64,000 nucleotides of DNA from Octopus bimaculoides. Taxonomy: Eukaryota. The notes under the pieces were generated by a model. The model saw only the letters and a program-made list of their open reading frames with translations, did not search any database and had not been told where the DNA came from. A program made the translations under genes and the position numbers. Shown here piece by piece: positions 51,176 through 63,604 of this stretch. Positions within the stretch are counted from its first letter, which is position 1. The number at the start of each line of letters is the position of its first letter. The stretch lies in assembly GCF_001194135.2 (NCBI RefSeq), contig NC_068988.1, forward strand, positions 34,704,633 through 34,768,632. The letters are read 5' to 3'.

Positions 51176-52402
51176 TATTATATTTTCTCTTCTCTCACTC
51201 AAATTAACCCCTCCACACAAATTATATAACCTGTCTTTGTAATTTCCCCTTCTCAATAATGCCTCTGTGGCAAATAAAAGATATTATTAAAGTTTTAATT
51301 GTTGTTGCTATTGCTTGTGTATGTGTGTTTATATAATGCCAATACATCATCAGAGGCAGATGCTTTTAAACATAATAATAATAGTAATAAGCAGCAGCGG
51401 CAGCAACTAAAGCTACTACATAAGGTAGGCAAAGACATGCACAGACTGTGACATAGGTGAACTACTAAGGACAGTGTCCATTTATGATCAAGAATAAGAA
51501 GACTAAGACAGACATTGAAGGTCAGCAATAAGTGATAAAGTTTTTATAACAGACTCATGACTTGCTTGTATATAGGTGTGTGTATGTGTGTGTGTGTGTG
51601 TGGTATATGTCTGGATATGATATATTATGTTACTATATCAGTTAATGTTTGTGTATTTATAAATAGATTGGTATTATAGATTGATAAGAAATCTTTGAGA
51701 TATATATGCATATTTGTGTGTGTGTGTGTGTCTCTCACACTCATATATATACCATTTATATATGTGTGTGTGTGTGCCTATATGTGTATATAAATGTGTG
51801 TGTGTATGTGTTTGTGTGTTGTGTGTGTGTAAGAAAGTAAGTCTGAAGGACTAAAAGGCAGGTAGCTGAATGGAGTAATGCACACATACACAGATTGCAT
51901 TAATGTCAGAACGTGCATAGTAAGTTATACAAGTGAAACTTAATCTATTTCTGTGGGTGCATGTATGTATGTCTCTGTGTGTATTATATGTAAATGTGTG
52001 TACATCCACACATCGATGTATAATGTGTTCTGGTTTCTGCTGGACTTTATCTTCTTCAACATTCAAAATGGAGCTTAACTCTTAATCCTTTAAGTAGCTA
52101 ATGACAAAAGGATTTTCATTGCCATAAAGAGGCTTGCTCGCATTTCACAGTCAGTGCTGTATGTAGCTGACTTCTTCTCCATTGACTGCAGCATGTGTTG
52201 TTCCGTGCAGTGTGCAGCTCACCACAAATACATCACTGCCACCAACACTACCATCAGCAGCACCACCACCACTACCATCAGTAGCACCACCACCACCACC
52301 ACCATCATTACCACTACCTCCATCATTTCTGCCTTATTAAGTCACTGGAACACCATGTTGCCCATACCAGTTGCTTCATTTAAATAATGAGAACAGTTTA
52401 CT

Positions 52403-52446
<44 letters not shown>

Positions 52447-52454
52447 CAATAATG

Positions 52455-52665
52455 ATTTTGAATTTCGGCACAAGGTCAGTAGTTTCAAGGGAGGGGTTAA
52501 GTAAATTACATTGACCTTGGTGTTCAACTGGAACTTACTTTATCAACCCATAAACATAAAAGCAAAGTCGACATTGGTGAAATTTGAACTCAAAATATGA
52601 AAACAGACAAAATGCGTCTGAACATTTTGCCTGGTGCGCTATTGATTCTGACAGCTGGCCACCTT
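52455..52665 (-). mobile_element. SINE family B embedded in long (AAT)n
   Basis: TTTGAATTTCGGCACAAGG...GAAATTTGAACTCAAAA...GACAGCTGGCCACCT, with (AAT)n at 52405-52452 and 52666-52720. Confidence 0.85.
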
Positions 52666-53629
52666 AATAATAATAATGCTGCTGATGATAATAATAATAA
52701 TAATAATAATAATGATAATCAGCTTTAATCATCATATCTGCCACTAAAACACCAGCCACTACCCATCTCAAAGCACCACAAGTGCCAAACCAACAGCAGC
52801 ACCAGATACTATATTTTATAGTTACCTGTAATACTATTCTGTCTGTTCTGTTTTGAATTGCACTCAGGTTTGGGGAGTGGGCAGTGGGAACTTGTTACCA
52901 CTGATTAATTGACTAGCCTTATCACTATGGCACACACCGCCAACCTTTCACCAGCCTGGTCAGCTATCACCACCAGCACTGCCACTACTACCACCAATGT
53001 ACCACCATCTCTACCAGCATCACCAGCACCACCACCACGTACATTATTCTCATTATTTCTAGCCTTGCAAGGTTTTATAGAATCACTGATTAAACCATCC
53101 TTGCACTGCTGACTGTGTGCGTGTGTATGTATGTATGTATGCACACACACACACGTACACACACATACATGCAGAGAGAAGGAGTGAACTTATTGACTGA
53201 CTTGCATATACAATTAAAGCAAATCACTGAGCCAAGTATCACCACCATCAGCGCCTCTGTAAGATTTATAAGATCGAAGACAGTCAAGATGTGTGCTTTC
53301 CCTCATCTAAATGATCTACTGGCTTACAGAAATACTCTTCTCACTTTTAGCATCACTGTCATCTCCACAGCCACTATCCCCAACACCAAGAGCATAGAAT
53401 TTGGGCTATGAATGTAGTCAGACGAATCAACCACACTTGTACAATAATGTAGTAGATTATAATAAGCACCTGTAATATTATAATTAGTGAATAGTACAGT
53501 GTGTGGAATGACTAGCAAAGAAATATCTTATTAGAATTTGGTTTCGACTAAATTGAACTAAAGTATACTTTTTGTGTCATTCTATATCATCTTCTCATTA
53601 ATTATTTCTAACATAGTACATGGCCTCAT

Positions 53630-54855
53630 ATATCAAGTGGTGGATGTAGTTTGCTGCACCAACCTCAGCTCTTGACTGGGTTTATTTGTCTATCTATAAG
53701 AGAAAGAGAGAAAATGAAAGAAAAAAAAAAGAATGGAATTTAAAAGCAACCTCAGCCAAATTTAACTCCAACTGTATAGAGCCATACTTTAATAGTGTAA
53801 GGTATTTTTGTTTGATGTTCAAATGATTCTGCCAATCCATTGTCATTTACCATTTGCTTTACAACAGTTTCTGATTTAGGCACAAGACTAGCAATTTTAG
53901 GTTTTGACCTCAACAGGATTTGAACTCAGAATATAAAGAGCCCAAACAAGTACTGCATGGCTGTTTTTCAATGCCCTAATGATTCTATCAGTTCACCACC
54001 TTGCTTATTAATTATAAAAATAATAGTACTTTCTAATTTAGACACAAAGCTAGAAATTTTGGTGTGACAAGTTTAGTTAATACTATTGACCACAGTACTC
54101 AGAGCTTTATTTTATTGCTGATAGGCTAAGTTTACCTTGTTAAGATTTAAACTCAGAACATAAAGATCTGGAACAAATAATGCTAAATATTTCTGCCAGT
54201 GTTCTAATGATTCTCCCCACCTGCCAATTGAATAATAAATGCAAAAATCAGCATTACTCGGAACTGCTCACGTATTGCGTAAATGTCTGTCTGACTGAGG
54301 TCCTTGTTTCGACTTCACAGACAGTACAAATCCCCTTCAATCAACAACATCACGATATTGGATACTGTGCGATGTCTTAAATAATAATCTTTTCTACTAT
54401 AGGCACAAGGCCTGAAATTTGGGGGAAGGGAGAGATTCAATTACATCGACCCCAGTACTCAACTGGTACTTAATTATTGACCTCGAAAGGTTGAAATGCA
54501 AAGTTGACCTCAGCAGAATTTAAATTCAGAATGTGCTGATGGACAACATGCAGCTAATCATTTTGCCTGGCATGCTAACAATTCTACCAGTAATATTAAT
54601 AAAAACTTTTTCTACTACAAGTGCAAGGCCTGAAATTTGGTGGCTGGCAAGTGCTAGTTAATTACATTGTGACCCCAGAACTCAGCTGGCACTTTATTCA
54701 TCCCTACTCAACTGGTACATATTTTATTGATCCCAAAAGGATGAAAGGCAAAGCTGACCATGGCAGAATTTTAACTCAGACGATAAAGCTGGACGAACTG
54801 TTTCTAAGCATTTTGCCCAACATGCTTACGATTCTGCCGCCGGCTCACTGCCTTA
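53630..54855 (-). mobile_element. Cluster of five same-orientation SINE family B copies
   Basis: Units at about 53630, 53865, 54025, 54390 and 54605, each with the GCACAAG...TTT(G/A/T)AACTCAGA...ATTCT...C(A/C)CC layout. Confidence 0.8.
54239..54388 (+). mobile_element. R4/Dong-like LINE extreme 3' fragment
   Basis: 54239-54298 translates MQKSALLGTAHVLRKCLSD*, followed by an 80-nt UTR and AATAATAAT. Confidence 0.8.
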
Positions 54856-56596
54856 ATGGTGATGATGATGATAATGATGATAAAAGTTAAATTGATAATG
54901 AGTTTTATATAGTCCTCAGTGTCTTGAGGTTTGTGGGAGGTAGGGATTGTGGGTGTAAGATGTTGTTTCTCAAGGGGATTTATGATGATGGGCGTTGTTT
55001 AGATTATGACAGTGATGATGATGGTGACTTGCTAACTTATCTCAACGCTCATCCGTAACTGAAAGCTTCAGGGAATAGATATTATGACTGCTAAATATTA
55101 ACTGTGGCCCTACTGGGGATTCTACAATGTGGCTTGAACTGTGTAGGTGCATGGCTTTCTATTATTGTGCACTTGTGTTTGTATGCATCTTTTGGTGTGC
55201 ATGTGATGTCAGTGGTGTGTTGTGCATGTAGGTTTGTGTACATGTGTTGGTGCTGTGTGTATGTGTGCATATGGATATGTGTTGATGTTATGTGTGTGTG
55301 TGTATGTGTGCTTGTGTATGCATATCTTTCTATAATACCATTTGCTTGTGTGTGAAATACTTCTTTGTGTAAATGTATGTGTGTGTGTGTGTGTGTTCCA
55401 TTGTCTTAGTGTGTACAAGTGTTAATGTTTGTGTGTATAAGTTTTGGTATAGCGTGTTTATGTATGCAAGCGTATGTTATAGTATCAGTTGCATATAAGT
55501 GTATATGCATGTTGCTGTTTACTTTACATTTTTTAGATATGTTTATTAGCTTGTGCATGTACAGGTGTGTGTGTGTGTGTGTGTGTGTGTGCATGTTTAC
55601 ATTTAATAACATGGCTTCTGTAATATGTGCAGTTTGTATGTCTTTGTAAATTGTTGAGTATGTAAGTATTGTGTGGAGTTTAGTATGTGTACATATTGTA
55701 AAGTAAATATGTACTGTGCTATGTGTGTATATGTGTGTGTTTATCTGGGCTTATATGTAGGCTATAGATATTGCTAATGTGATTAGCTACTATATTAGTG
55801 TATGCAAATGTATGCACATAGAGAAATGTATGGGTGTATTGTTCATGAGAAAAAATTACATCTTCTCCTATATAAATTCTAACACACCAACATATAACTT
55901 TACACACATACATATAAACACCTGTGCAGGCATAGATTCACATTTACACAACTGCAGAACATTTTGCAGTACAATACTTAGAACACACATACACTCACAC
56001 ACAGGCTTACAGATACATCCACACTCATTGGAAGATGTTAATGAATTATGATGATGATGATGATAATAATAATAATAAACAAGGTGGAGTAAACCAGAAG
56101 ACTGTTTACAATGTTTTAATGGTGTTCTTGGAGTAATTCTTAGCTATTCCAGATAGTTTAGTGTTGTGGGAACAGGAGGTAATGTGTAGATTCATAGATG
56201 TGTTAATGTGTGTGTGGCAGAGTAACTGTTTCCCCATTGGCATTGTTTATCTTAGTAAGGTCTCCTACGTAGTTAATATCTATACTGAAGTCTCAATATA
56301 AAAAAATAGTTTACACACAAAACATACACTGTAAATACACACACACTCGCACACACATGTATGTGTGTGTACATATAGATAGGTAGATAGATGTGAGCAT
56401 ATATATGTGTGTGAATATGTATACTCACATAAACATACAAATACACATATTAGGAACAGCTTATTCGTATTAGAAGTAACATACATATAAGCATATTTCT
56501 CTTTCTCTCTCTTTCTGTCACTCTCGCACTTTCATTTCATGCACACACACATATATACATATAAATGCACTTGCAGACATCTATATATATTCATCT

Positions 56597-56745
56597 CACC
56601 GAGGCGATGACTACTGACCGAGACCTTTGGAAATGTGCTGTGCGTGAGAAGACCCGGCAAGCCAAGTGAGATCGTTGCCAGTGTCCCTGGACTGGTTCTT
56701 GTGCGGGTGGCACATGAGATGCACCATTTTGAGCGTGGCCATTGT
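56597..56745 (+). mobile_element. Short RTE ORF-end and UTR fragment
   Basis: Translates TEAMTTDRDLWKCAVREKTRQAK*, homologous to the end of the RTE ORF near 1680-1750. Confidence 0.8.
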
Positions 56746-57309
56746 GGGTCTCTGTCATTGCTCCATATCCTTGATCTAAATGTCTTCTATTACCACCCTG
56801 CCATCACAGTCACATCTTGAATGTGCATACCTATTTCAAAATACTGAGTACTCCTGTAACACATCCTGCTATCACATTCTTCTCACTGCAATCATTTATA
56901 TTTCTGTACTTTTCTGTCTATATTGCTCGTGCTTCTTATTCTATTAAACAGGCAGAACATGGCTCTGAAGTTCTTTTAGTTGTGTCAAGGACATCTCTAT
57001 CTCCGTAGTATTGGTGTCATGAAAAATGAATCCAATACGCTCTGTAACATGAAAGGCTGTGAAGGCCCTTTAGTCTTGTTGAGTACATGACACCTCACTA
57101 GTGCTAGTGCAAAAGGCATCTATGCACTCTATAATGTGATTGGTGTTAGGGAGGGTGGGTGAGGCCCTCTTAAGTATCTGGATGACCAGTACCCATGAAT
57201 ACAAACTCTGACTATGATAGTGGATGTAAAATAATAATGATACACAACCCCATACATTTATGTGCATATACATAACTATGTATATGCATTTTTGTCTATG
57301 CACACGCGT

Positions 57310-57341
<32 letters not shown>

Positions 57342-57711
57342 TCACATGTGTATGTATTTTTCTGTGTGCAGGTATATAGAATAAAAACCACAAGTTTTGA
57401 ATATATATATATATCTATACATATATATATGAAGTGTTCTCTGCTATATTTCACAGCTAATATTATGTTTACAATATATTATACAAACACCTATTATCAA
57501 ATTTGATAATGTGAGGCGGGAAGCTTTATTATTACAGGAGCCACCTAGGGGTTGTACGTCTCAACACCTCCACCATTATAACTCCAACAACGACAACAGC
57601 ATCAAGAATGAATATCGTTATTATGAGTACCTGCTGATAATAATGATATTCCTGCTGCTACTAATGTCCTAATAAATAAATCTACAATCACTACCATTCC
57701 TCTGTATTGCT

Positions 57712-57742
<31 letters not shown>

Positions 57743-58109
57743 CCACCACCATCACCACATGGTGGAGATGGGATACATTTAGTAGTTGTTTGCATTCAGT
57801 AGTAACATATTTTCTGATGTAACTAAAGAAAATAAGTGAGTTATTTTGAATAACAGCGCAGTGTAACTCCTAACTAGCTGGGTTGGGTCATTCATTCATT
57901 TTCGTAGTTTTTTTATATGGCTTAGTCACCAAATTATGGGCATCACTCATACCCAATTTTTTGCAGGATCTTAGAGACTGATGAGGGAGATGGGTAGGAA
58001 ACCAGTGGCCAATCTCTAAATGTTTTTAACAGAGTTGTCTGTGAAAACTACCTAAGTTCCAGGTAATGGCTTTATGTTGAGTGATTGATGTGATCTACTA
58101 ACCAAAATG

Positions 58110-58330
58110 CTCTTTCTACTATAGGCAGAAGGCCTGAAACCTTGAAGGATGGTGGGGCTAGTCAATTACATCAATCCCACTTCTGAACTTGTATTTCTTC
58201 TATTGACCCTGAAAGGATGAAAGGCAAAATTCACCTTGACAGAATTTGAACTCAAAATGTATAGCTGGAAGAAATTCCACTAAGTATTTTGTTCTGCATG
58301 CTAGCAATTTTTCCTGCTCGCTGCCTTTCT
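58110..58330 (-). mobile_element. SINE family B
   Basis: CTTTCTACTATAGGCAGAAGGCCTGAAAC...GAAAGGATGAAAGGCAAA...GAATTTGAACTCAAAA. Confidence 0.85.
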
Positions 58331-59120
58331 ACTTACCTAAAATATAAGGCCAGTGCTGAGGAAGTCCAGAAAGACTGAAACATATCCTGCACTGTCACTG
58401 TACTTACCAAAGATTAAACCAACCCACACTCCATATCCTCATTCAAGTTTTAATTTATTTGGATTCTGGTGTTGTGTTTCTTGTCCTTCTAAATCACAAT
58501 TAGCCAATTTATTTATTCTTTATAAACATGTAATGTTCTTCTTTATAAAGATATAATATTAATTAATTTTCTTGCTTCTTCTTTTTTTCTTTTGGTGCAG
58601 TCTTTTTCTGTAAGCTCTACTTAATTGAATACTTCAGATTTATAAGAAGTCCATTGGGAGTAATATATGAGTCTGATAAAGCATAAATCTTTCTTTCTAG
58701 ACTGCTGACCATAGCTATATCATGAGATTCTTTACTCTGTGGCAACACTTTTTTCCATCCTATCCTTGTCACAATCTTTTCATGTTTTCATCATTCCCAT
58801 AACACAGGCAAATGTACCCCCTTGAAGTACATGAGAAATTGTGAGGGTATGTGAAGTTTGGAAAAACATTGGAATTTTGAAGTAACCACATCCATTTGAT
58901 TGTGATGTGTGCATCTAAAAAACACGAGGAGAGCATTTTGCTTTCTTTTCCCCTTATTGTTGTGAACAAGTGTTTCAGCAATATTTATAGCCAAAATGTT
59001 CCATGCAAGATTATCAATTGAGAATGATATTCTGGTGTCCCTTGCTGAAACTATTTCTTAAATTGAGTTACTTCTTTAGAAGGAGCCAAGCTTGTTTGTC
59101 TCATTAAAAATTTAACATAA

Positions 59121-59363
59121 CCCTCTTGTTACCATACTTCTAATGAAATACCCTGATTGTTCATATAATACCCTGATGTTGTTTCAATTAATTTTAAAAA
59201 TAATGAAGAATTTAGTAAAATAATTTTGTTGATTATTAAGCTATTGTTTGGAATATAAATTAACATGAAATTTTGATGGAAAGTTTTAATTTAGATCACT
59301 TTAAAGCAGCAAGTTTATTTCATAGCACCTGAAGCAATCCCATGTGGGATGGTATTCAAAGGA
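59121..59363 (+). mobile_element. TTAA-type MITE family F
   Basis: CCCTCTTGTTACCA ... TGGTATTCAAAGGA termini; body shared with 45581 and 60306. Confidence 0.7.
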
Positions 59364-60179
59364 TTAGCTTTAAGGAAATAAACTTTTTTTATGTGGGCAC
59401 AAGACTACACATTTTTGTGTAAGGGTATGGTACTTTATTGACCCCAGAAGTGATCTAAAGTCATTAAATTAGATTAACAGCAAATGATACATGTCAGTTG
59501 CTTGTTCTGTGGTGTTTAACCTTTTTATGCTATATCTATCTGTCTCTTTTATCTGTCACTTTTATTGTTTAAAGTGGCAAGCTGGTAGACTCATTAGAGT
59601 GCTGGACAAAATAATGCCTTGCATTGTTTCCTTTGTTTAGGTCTTCAGTTCACTTCTTACTCATGTCAATTTTGCCTTCTGTTCAGATCCAGTAAAATAC
59701 AAACACTGCTGGACATGATGAAAAGATATGACTGAAGCCCCAGCTGTAACAGAAGAGTGCTGCCCCTTACATCCTCTTACCAATAGATTTACCTAAAACA
59801 CTAAACTTTTTTCCCTCTAAAGTCACATCAGTATATATGGATTTAAAGCTACTTTGTAGCTGATACATTCTCTCTCTGTGTTTGTTATATCACTGAACCA
59901 GAACTGCTAGCTAGTCACAGTTATAAAAAGACTAGTTACCTGCCTTCTTTTGTATTTAGTTTGTTACTGGCTGAAGAAAAGGGAAAATATCTGTTTTATA
60001 TGGAAATTCTGAGTTCCATCACATCCATCAGAACTGTGTGTGTAGACTATGTGCAATCTATACACATAGCTCTGTTATCCTTTAATTCCCTTAAAATAAT
60101 TCATTGTGAATTTTAGAATAGAATTAACCCTATCTTTTATAAAGAAACTGTATTCTATTTTGACACATGTGGACATAAC

Positions 60180-60181
60180 CA

Positions 60182-60260
<79 letters not shown>
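60180..60260. repeat. (CTAT)n tetranucleotide microsatellite
   Basis: Direct reading. Confidence 0.95.
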
Positions 60261-60305
60261 TTGTCTATTTGACTGGCTGTCTATTTATGTCACTTTTATT
60301 ATTAA

Positions 60306-60526
60306 CCCTTTTGTTACCATTATTTCTGTTATCATGCTCTGTTTCTTTCAATTAATTTTAAATATAAAAAATAATTTCGTAAAACAACTTAGTTATCATT
60401 AAGCTAGTGTTATGAACATAAATTGTGACTAACGTTTGGTGGAAGATTTTAATACAGAACTTTTGAAAACAAGATATTTGTACTACAGAGCCAGAAGCAG
60501 TTTCAGGTGGGTTGATATCAAAAGGG
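60306..60526 (+). mobile_element. TTAA-type MITE family F
   Basis: TTAA|CCCTTTTGTTACCA ... TGATATCAAAAGGG termini. Confidence 0.7.
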
Positions 60527-61585
60527 CTAGCAGAATCATTAGAATGTTGACAAAGTGCCCTGTAGTACTACTTATGACTCTTTATGTTTTCAGCTAAATT
60601 CTTACTAGATTACCTGTGCCTTTAATTCTTCCTGGATTACTAAAATAATGTTCAAGCCTAGTACTTGGGTGGTTAATAGTATGTGTTTATCTCCTTCCCC
60701 AGCAATTGTTGGCTTTGTACCCAAACCAGTAACCTTTATTGTTTTTGTTTCCCCATTAGCATCACTACCATTAGCATCACTGTCACAAACTACCACGGGA
60801 TCACTGTGCATGTGGATGAATGGCTTAATCTTTTAAAATTTACACGTCTACCTTTGCGAAGAAAAAAAAGAAAAGCAGTTGAAGCCCTAGTTTTGCATAC
60901 ACACACACAGAGAAAAAAATAGCAATTTGTTCAAGCTGAAATGTTTCCATTCTCAGATCTACTAAAAACTGACCTGGGCCTAAATAACACCAATAATAAG
61001 GAGCATTACACATCACTGAAAGTCAAGCTTAATCTCTACTATCATTCACTCTCCACCAAACACACATGTACATTATGCACATTCACACATACACTGTCAT
61101 AAGCACTTCTTCCAATGCCTGTATTTTAGTCGTAGGAAGACCAGATTTCTGCTTCAACACCTTACAAATGTATACAAACAGTATTTTACATGGAAATGCA
61201 TGTTAAAATTTTAAACATACAGATGTACATATTTCTCTACGACTGTCAAACTGTCGCTTATGTCTAAACATATTTTCAACATGACTTGACTCAGAGCAAT
61301 TTGTGTTTTTACTTTACTTCTGGTTTCTTTTCCTTCCTACTTTTACTACGTGTCTTCCTCTTACCATCTCAACTTTCTGAACAAGAGCTTAAGCTTGAAA
61401 CATTGATGACACTTTTACATTGTTTTACATTGAACTAATTGTTAAATTTTGTCTTCTGCAGTGTTATTTGTCATAAATTTTGAAATTATATGTGTGTGTG
61501 TTTGTATGCACATACCTCCATGCACACATATAATGTGTATGTATTTGTGTTTGTATATATGCTTATATTTACACAAATATTAAAA

Positions 61586-61617
61586 CTCACTTTTGTTAAT
61601 TTTGGTTTCAGGTGAGT
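61586..61617 (+). promoter_or_regulatory. Candidate recursive splice site 2
   Basis: CTCAC (branch-like) TTTTGTTAATTTTGGTTTCAG|GTGAGT, with no other AG between 61462 and 61609. No transcript evidence is available. Confidence 0.5.
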
Positions 61618-62432
61618 TGCAGAATTTACTGGGAATTATTTGGCTTGTGTATGTATTTATTTATATATCTATATCTATATAATATATGTATGTGTGTGTA
61701 TGGGTTTTTATATATGTATATATTTATATATGTATGTGTACACATACACAACACACACACACATGTAGAGTTCACAACTTGAAAGAATCTGAGACCAGGT
61801 CAGTGTCAGTATGTTACTTTGAAAAATTGGTATTTCCTTTGCTTTGTTGCAATGTCTCTCATCATTTTAACACACCTGACAGGCAATTTCTCTTTACACT
61901 AATGCCCCCATCTTTTTTCTTTTACTTTTTTTTTTTGAAGAATGATTTCATTTGAGAGACAAGGCAAGAATAGGCACTAGTATGACCTCTTCACCACAAC
62001 CATCATCATCATCATTATTATTATAACCACTCTATCATACTTTTGTTGTGTGATCTTTGAAAAGGCAAGAACGAGTGTTTAGATTTATTGCAAGGAAACA
62101 AGTATGTCTGTCTGTAGGCAAAGAAATTGTCTTGGATAGAAGAATGCTGTCCTGAATGGTAACTGGGTCTGAAATAGTAGGAGCATTCATAATGCTTTTA
62201 TTTTGGCAGCTATGAAGTCTTAGTACTTAGAGAGAAAGAGAGAGAGAGAGAGAGAAGGAAGGATAATGATGGAAGGACGGAGAAATGGATTTAGTTTCAA
62301 CAATGGAATGCTGCCTTTACCTCGAAGGTATAAATGTAATAAATGAAGTAGTTTTAAATGAGAATGAAGAAGTCTGAGAATTGGTGCTGCAAAAATGTAA
62401 ACCATTATGTTGGCTAAGAAAGAGAAACAAAG

Positions 62433-62491
<59 letters not shown>

Positions 62492-62864
62492 GCATGCACA
62501 CACAGAGGTTAATTTTTACAGATAACAATTAACACACTTAAGAATAATGTCAGCTATTTCCAGGTATCTTTTTAGAGTTTACATGAGTGCATAGTTCAAT
62601 TCAGAAAATAATCAATCCACTCATATAGGTTTGGTGATGCAAACAAGAAAAATAGAACTAAACACGTGTTTTTTTATCAATAATCAGCAGAAGTTACAGA
62701 GTGACTTCAGGGCCAAGAGTTTGGTGTGTTGGCACTTATTGAAGAAACTGTTGGCCCTTAAGTCACTCTGTAAATTCTGCTGATTATTAATAAAATACAC
62801 ACACATACACATGCATACATACATAGAAATTTATTTTTACACATGAAGCTATAAATACTTTCTA

Positions 62865-63010
62865 TTATAGGCACATGGCCTGAAATTTGCAGCTGCTAAT
62901 TGATTGCATTGACTTGAGTTCTCAGCTGCTACTTATTTCATGGAGCTGGAAAGGATGAAAGGCAAAGTTGATTTCAGTGGAATTTAAACTCAGAACGTAA
63001 AGATGTTGTT
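62865..63010 (-). mobile_element. SINE family B, partial
   Basis: CTTTCTATTATAGGCACATGGCCTGAAATTT...GAAAGGATGAAAGGCAAAGTTG...GAATTTAAACTCAGAACG. Confidence 0.8.
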
Positions 63011-63604
63011 AAGCTTCATCTGCTGTAGTTAAGCTCTATCTACTTTTGAGTTCCATTATTAAAAATGATTTATCTCATGTCTCAAAGTTTCTAAGTTCTT
63101 ATGATGTAAACTATAAAGATATATGAGTAACAATTGTGTACGACTGCAGGTGAATTTTCAACTAATAGATTCCAAATCATCTTTATGAAGTGGCTACACT
63201 GAGAACTGATTCACCCTTTAGTGCTGGAAATTTCTGCTTTAGTAGATCCAGGATTTGATGCAGTTTGTTTCTGTTATTAACACCAATATAGCTGTGTGCT
63301 CTTTTAAGGCACAAAACTCTCCCAAATATAACATCCAATATCGCATGGTGTTCATTACAAAAACAGTTGTCCTGTGTTGAGCAACAATAGTAGAGATGGA
63401 ATAGGATCTCTCTAAATCTCCTATTTGGTCTTGTGCTCATTTAATGAAATGTTTTGAGTGATGTTTACTATGTGGTGTTTTGTTGTTGTTTGTATTATTT
63501 TGTTTTTGTTTTTGTTTCCAGTGTATTCTTTGAAGAGTTTAAACATTTGTTTTTCTCTTCTGTGTAATTCGAAGCTTAAAAAATTGTTATAAATGAATTA
63601 AGAT

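Noticed and set aside
57350-57377. Plus-strand GTATTTTTCTGTGTGCAG|GTATAT
   Set aside because: The donor lacks +4A and +5G, and the tract is part of microsatellite-like GT sequence.
58331-58350. Minus-strand TAG|GTAAGT (CCTTATATTTTAG|GTAAGT)
   Set aside because: Short, A-interrupted tract at the edge of a SINE B insertion. It serves as a reminder that the bare AG|GTAAGT motif occurs by chance.
58780-58852. Possible 38-nt plus-strand exon (CATAACACAG|GCAAATG...GTGAGG|GTATGT)
   Set aside because: Plausible signals but no homology or supporting neighbouring exons; cannot be distinguished from chance.
63183-63440. 85-aa minus-strand ORF MSTRPNRRFREILFHLYYCC...
   Set aside because: No motif or family recognised and no convincing splice context; the length is within chance expectation.
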